DNA of 64,000 bases from Trypanosoma brucei (Eukaryota). The notes under the pieces were generated by a model. The model had not been told where the DNA came from and made no database searches. It was given only the letters and a program-made list of their open reading frames with translations. Below, one piece after another: positions 61,001 to 64,000 of the stretch. The stretch spans positions 192,001-256,000 of the forward strand of contig CP000069.1 in assembly GCA_000002445.1 (NCBI GenBank). The letters run 5' to 3'. The number at the start of each line of letters is the position of its first letter. Within the stretch, counting starts at the first letter, position 1. A program made the position numbers and the translations under genes.

Positions 61001-64000
61001 GCTGTAATTGGAAGGTCCCCCCTGGGTCCACGGTGAACTCCCTCGGAACCGCACGGAAAGAACAGTTGCTCATTTCCACGGTGTATACACGGACCGTGTT
61101 TGAAGTGTTCTTCACTTCAATAGTGTGAGTGGCAGGTGAAAGGAGTTTCCCCTTCAACACGATTGTTCCCGTGGGAATGAAGCGCGGAAGGTAGTGAAAG
61201 AGTGTTGAGAGCAGCAACAACCAATCCAGCGGGCCATACTGCAGTATCTGCTCAACGCTGCTAAAGGATGACGGGAACCCCACGTACACCAGTGCATTGG
61301 TTAGCAGACTGATATTGTTCTCTAGGTCACTTTGTGTCACGGTCTCTGGAACAAACCTATCAGCTGACACGTACGCCGCTGCAGAGGGTACAAAGACAAA
61401 TATACACGCGGCTACCGCGACACAATCCCTCAGGTCTTCAAACCGCCGGATAGGAGCCCGGGTGTCCTTTAGCATACCCTTTTTGATGCACTGGCGTAGG
61501 TTGTACGTTGCCCAGTAAAGTAAGATGTTTTCCATACCGCTAAATACGTTGCTACCGTAAATAGCCGTGGACAAAGACCCCGCCTGCAACTCCTCTACTG
61601 GCATATACTTACCAAGCGAGGGGTATTGAGCCAGCATGCTGTCTATCCGCAGTTTGGCAAAGTAAACAACCCGAATGAATTGCAGCACGACCACCGTCCA
61701 GCAGTGTGTAGACCGCTCCGTGAAGTTCGCTAAGGGAATAGCCTCCGCATTTACCTCTTTTTGGTGGCGACAATATGCCTCATATGTCATCAGGTAGATT
61801 ATCTGTACTTCACTTAGGCACCCACCGTTAAGCTTGAGGAGCGACATTAACGACTCGAGTGTAACAAGTGTTCTGCTAGTCGTGCTTTCGGATGAATCTG
61901 GAGCCCGAGATTGCTTCTTTACGCCCATTCGACGCGCTGCATCCAGAAGTAGTCGTCCATCGGATAGCTGTAACGCAGTGACGAGGTTCGCGACGGGCTC
62001 AAGGAACACGTTATAATTCAGCCACAACCGCAGACTTTCCTCACAACGAACGTAAAATTCAGGTGCGATGGGCTCCAGGTACCGTGGTGGAATGGGCTTC
62101 ACTGAATTAGACCTCACATACTGTGTCTCCCCGCCAACTTTGCGCACCTTGTGGCCGCCGCCGTCAGCAGCAAGCTGCCAGCTGTCTATCTCTCGGTAAA
62201 TTAACGGCTCCTTCCACTCTTCATCACCACGAGATGATGCAATCTTTGAAATATTGGCATTCTGAATAACGTATGGGGCATTGGTGAGGAAAGAGTTTAT
62301 GGCGGCTCCCCTGAAGGGCAGGGTCAACGTCTCCCCCTTGTTTGACGAGAACTTGATGGACGACACGGCAGAAACCGGCCACTGACTACAGAACTCAATC
62401 TCTACGGGGATGCGTCCCATCAGCCCGGTGGAAGTACCGTTGGGGAACGTGATGGTGAGCGGCCCGGAGTCTATTGTGTGGTACGACAAATTGATGTGAT
62501 CGAAACCATCATTCGTAATGATAATACGCCTCCGAACGGTTATGTTCAGGGGGATGGGTGGAAAAGCAAGCTCCTCCACGTCGCACAGGAGACGGGGCAA
62601 CGCTGCAAAACCACTCATTGATAAATCTGCACAATGCCGAAGTAAATCACCATCCACATAAATACCGTAGAGCTCGCGCCAGTTACCCACACCATCGGGT
62701 ACGAAAGTTACGCTCACCTGCTCGCTCGCATGCGGTGCCAGCACGCCACCGCTGATACTCATGACAAATGAGCTAACTCTGCTGCTGACGGGGCTCAGTG
62801 GGGTTCGGCCCTCAGCTGTGGGAGAGTCTTCATTGTTCCGTATCGGTTGCAGCCTCCAGTGGACACTCACACTCGACGTGTTCTTAATTGTCACTGTTGC
62901 AGGAACGGAGGGACTGTCCACCACAGTACAAGGGAATTTCAAAAAGCGGGGAGTGACGGCCACCCTTGATTGCAACGCCTGCGCAATGATCACCAACGGC
63001 ACCAGTGGGTTTTTAATATCTGTGCCCACATGCCTCCACGACACAAAGAAACGCCCACCATCCTCTGCGGTTGATACGGGCCGGTAGACGAACAAAACAC
63101 CTAATTCGCTGCAAGGTGGAATGATTATAGAGGCCATGCCGGGCTCTCGCTCACCTGGCCCACACCACTGCAACATTGTCGGGGGATCTGTTGAATTGTT
63201 GTTTGTAACGGTGGCGTCGTGGATTGCCGCACTGTCCACATCGGCAGCGCACTCAACTGCAAACTCCATATGTTGTCGCAAGTCAACGAGGATAACACCG
63301 TCAACATCGCTTGTGTTTTTGAAACGTACCGGGAGGGCCTTTTCAGTGCCGATGTACACCATACCAAAGTCGAGGATGGCCTCTGTATTTTGCCGGTGTG
63401 GCGTAATGACTTCTAAAAGTGCGGCACAAACATCCACAGAAACTGTCAACTTCAGTGGCTTCTTTATTCCACGCACGCAGCAGTTCATCACGGTACGTAG
63501 GGCCTCAGGTTTTTCATGATACACCAAGAGCGAGATTTCCTCTGACTCGCGGGGCCCAACACGGCCACTCTCCGGGGAGACAGTCAACCAGCTTGGTACA
63601 CCGTCAAAGGTAAAGAAGGCGACGTTCTTCCCTTTATTGTGTAGTGTGATGCTCGCACGTGTTCCCCTCCCCGCAGGGACTTTTTGCAGCTCAATGAGGG
63701 CCTCTGTTGCGGAATGATGCTTGTTCCAATCTTTCTTCCCCTGTGGGGAGACCACTGGTGTACCACCGGCAGTTGTGCATTTTCCCCATGCACAAGAAGT
63801 GACTGGGACGGCACCTGTGATGTTAAGTGTCTTCACTCCGTCGGAACGCTCCACCTGCAGCCTCGCGCACGCGCTGGCGGTGATAATGCCGTATGGAGGA
63901 CTGAAAGACACATAAGCCGTTACTTTGCTCATTGGTGGAATCGTGCCGCTCATAGGTTCGATGGCAAATGGACCGCTACCACTACCTTTCCCGCTGCCGG
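58035..64000 (-). CDS. Large protein with repeated ASH/MSP/Ig-like beta-sandwich domains (hydin/CFAP-like), N-terminally truncated by the window edge
   Basis: An ORF of more than 1972 codons. The reading frame is still open for the 47 nt between the first ATG (63953) and the window end, so the true start may lie beyond 64000. There are many ~100-residue segments with the pattern hydrophobic-x-F/L-P-hydrophobic ... V-x-N/F-x-N-x-s, as in ASH domains of ciliary proteins (e.g. TLTLPFRGAAINSFL, VTFVPDGVGNWRELYGIYVDG, FTVDPGGTFQLQLEVTLRF). Confidence 0.6.
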   Translation of the reverse strand, partial: GSGKGSGSGPFAIEPMSGTIPPMSKVTAYVSFSPPYGIITASACARLQVERSDGVKTLNITGAVPVTSCAWGKCTTAGGTPVVSPQGKKDWNKHHSATEALIELQKVPAGRGTRASITLHNKGKNVAFFTFDGVPSWLTVSPESGRVGPRESEEISLLVYHEKPEALRTVMNCCVRGIKKPLKLTVSVDVCAALLEVITPHRQNTEAILDFGMVYIGTEKALPVRFKNTSDVDGVILVDLRQHMEFAVECAADVDSAAIHDATVTNNNSTDPPTMLQWCGPGEREPGMASIIIPPCSELGVLFVYRPVSTAEDGGRFFVSWRHVGTDIKNPLVPLVIIAQALQSRVAVTPRFLKFPCTVVDSPSVPATVTIKNTSSVSVHWRLQPIRNNEDSPTAEGRTPLSPVSSRVSSFVMSISGGVLAPHASEQVSVTFVPDGVGNWRELYGIYVDGDLLRHCADLSMSGFAALPRLLCDVEELAFPPIPLNITVRRRIIITNDGFDHINLSYHTIDSGPLTITFPNGTSTGLMGRIPVEIEFCSQWPVSAVSSIKFSSNKGETLTLPFRGAAINSFLTNAPYVIQNANISKIASSRGDEEWKEPLIYREIDSWQLAADGGGHKVRKVGGETQYVRSNSVKPIPPRYLEPIAPEFYVRCEESLRLWLNYNVFLEPVANLVTALQLSDGRLLLDAARRMGVKKQSRAPDSSESTTSRTLVTLESLMSLLKLNGGCLSEVQIIYLMTYEAYCRHQKEVNAEAIPLANFTERSTHCWTVVVLQFIRVVYFAKLRIDSMLAQYPSLGKYMPVEELQAGSLSTAIYGSNVFSGMENILLYWATYNLRQCIKKGMLKDTRAPIRRFEDLRDCVAVAACIFVFVPSAAAYVSADRFVPETVTQSDLENNISLLTNALVYVGFPSSFSSVEQILQYGPLDWLLLLSTLFHYLPRFIPTGTIVLKGKLLSPATHTIEVKNTSNTVRVYTVEMSNCSFRAVPREFTVDPGGTFQLQLEVTLRFNRRLEGECVLVDSAQNLVKERMPLVFHLVALPSEEPLRTVHLQAPLYTVVHQEICVENPFAQNYVATLRLSQEYKNDGGYSEGEFGKLQQGAFYISAGVVSFNVGEPTKVSVQFAPCARGQYEAQVTFHDVQLGEFSIVLIGTCIPPKPIEKFVTRAEVGEACNNTVMLKLHNQQFERMMNTVEDCNRFPSSRVVKGPSMPELTNIPYSVTFVNESFVGPSPFFIGPESIFFTRGDQMLELQFSFCPKVVGDYNGYIILASKYDVRTILLHGKGIPVGEKSILRFSCPARQSIVQRVPIVNNTKESWLITATIEGDCFSGQKEVRIPRGKSREYLLRYNPAWVSSDTGTLTLHNRETGERRTFMLYGESVEPLCEDVITVECRAREKRIETLTIPDINNMDGNYTVETDLPFATGKPTVLVRRGTNAKYDLILHPLMGGTFNGTVVCRAPNGHFAWYGITIIVSAPEKEGTLNICTDTRTPVTAYVSIQNPMDKTIDFTVGRYGVGLFGENSILVEPSEPSVYSLLFLPSRTGKFPGRLTFFNKEVGEFWYELDIVVEDAAPEEVAFSSEIGVPQTVQVRIPNNTPNELPLCVTNTNHDNFSVVPSNPRVPPYSELTIDIVYKPTAIGRPQEAMIKLLNLDSAEWCYHCRGVGHAPAEFAPVECVCEALGRVSVVLKFKNPFSVPMMPDVEVKCEEMNYYSAAAQSLPGTPIAPATEASIVVMYEPKTVGRHNATVLVKPKFLSEEVQDMTWVFPLKGLAEWRSHDQPLRFRCVARKKVEETVELVAPGMTAANLSNVTITLDLERGQQYASAVRNSLFFKVHPTVEVEGMLKLDIRFVPLRPFVAMADLVVRAEKESVWRYSIVLEASRADVDDTLVVKSTLRAVSTITFDIYNIYPHSSPFTAYFTPDSSRDFSVGVPQGVLPPFIIGQRNANAATTMQVLFSPTARLPQPEGTLIIDTEEMQWIYKVIGKVSGRPIHP

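Overview
This window is a chromosomal segment of a Trypanosoma brucei-group genome containing a tandemly organised procyclin expression locus, consistent with the EP/GPEET 'B' locus and its chromosome-6 neighbours. Reading left to right on the + strand: about 3.7 kb without a convincing gene; an ESAG8-related leucine-rich-repeat protein (LRRP); a receptor-type adenylate cyclase (GRESAG4 family); a 403-aa GPI-anchored helical surface protein matching the haptoglobin-haemoglobin receptor (HpHbR, Leu at the 210 position); then a ~23.5 kb array of three tandem units. Units 1 and 2 each carry an EP procyclin gene followed by a 457-aa procyclin-associated gene (PAG). Unit 3 carries a GPEET procyclin, an EP procyclin and a diverged 454-aa PAG. 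Units 1 and 2 are about 99.8% identical (period ~7.4 kb). Each unit carries its own copy of the sequence upstream of the procyclin ATG (the presumptive RNA polymerase I promoter plus splice-acceptor region), and each procyclin 3' UTR contains a conserved stem-loop. After about 5 kb with no confident gene (a convergent strand-switch region), all genes lie on the - strand: cathepsin B-like cysteine peptidase, three hypothetical proteins, the CAF1 deadenylase, another hypothetical, and a >1970-aa ASH/Ig-like-domain-rich protein truncated at the window edge. There are no rRNA genes, tRNA genes, CRISPR arrays or bacterial-type mobile elements. This is a eukaryotic kinetoplastid locus, and I do not see a prokaryotic-style novel defence system. 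The points worth follow-up are the repeat architecture, promoter-copy variation, mosaic PAG divergence, a Bro-N/KilA-N-like motif in the LRRP, and the gene-poor convergent zone.
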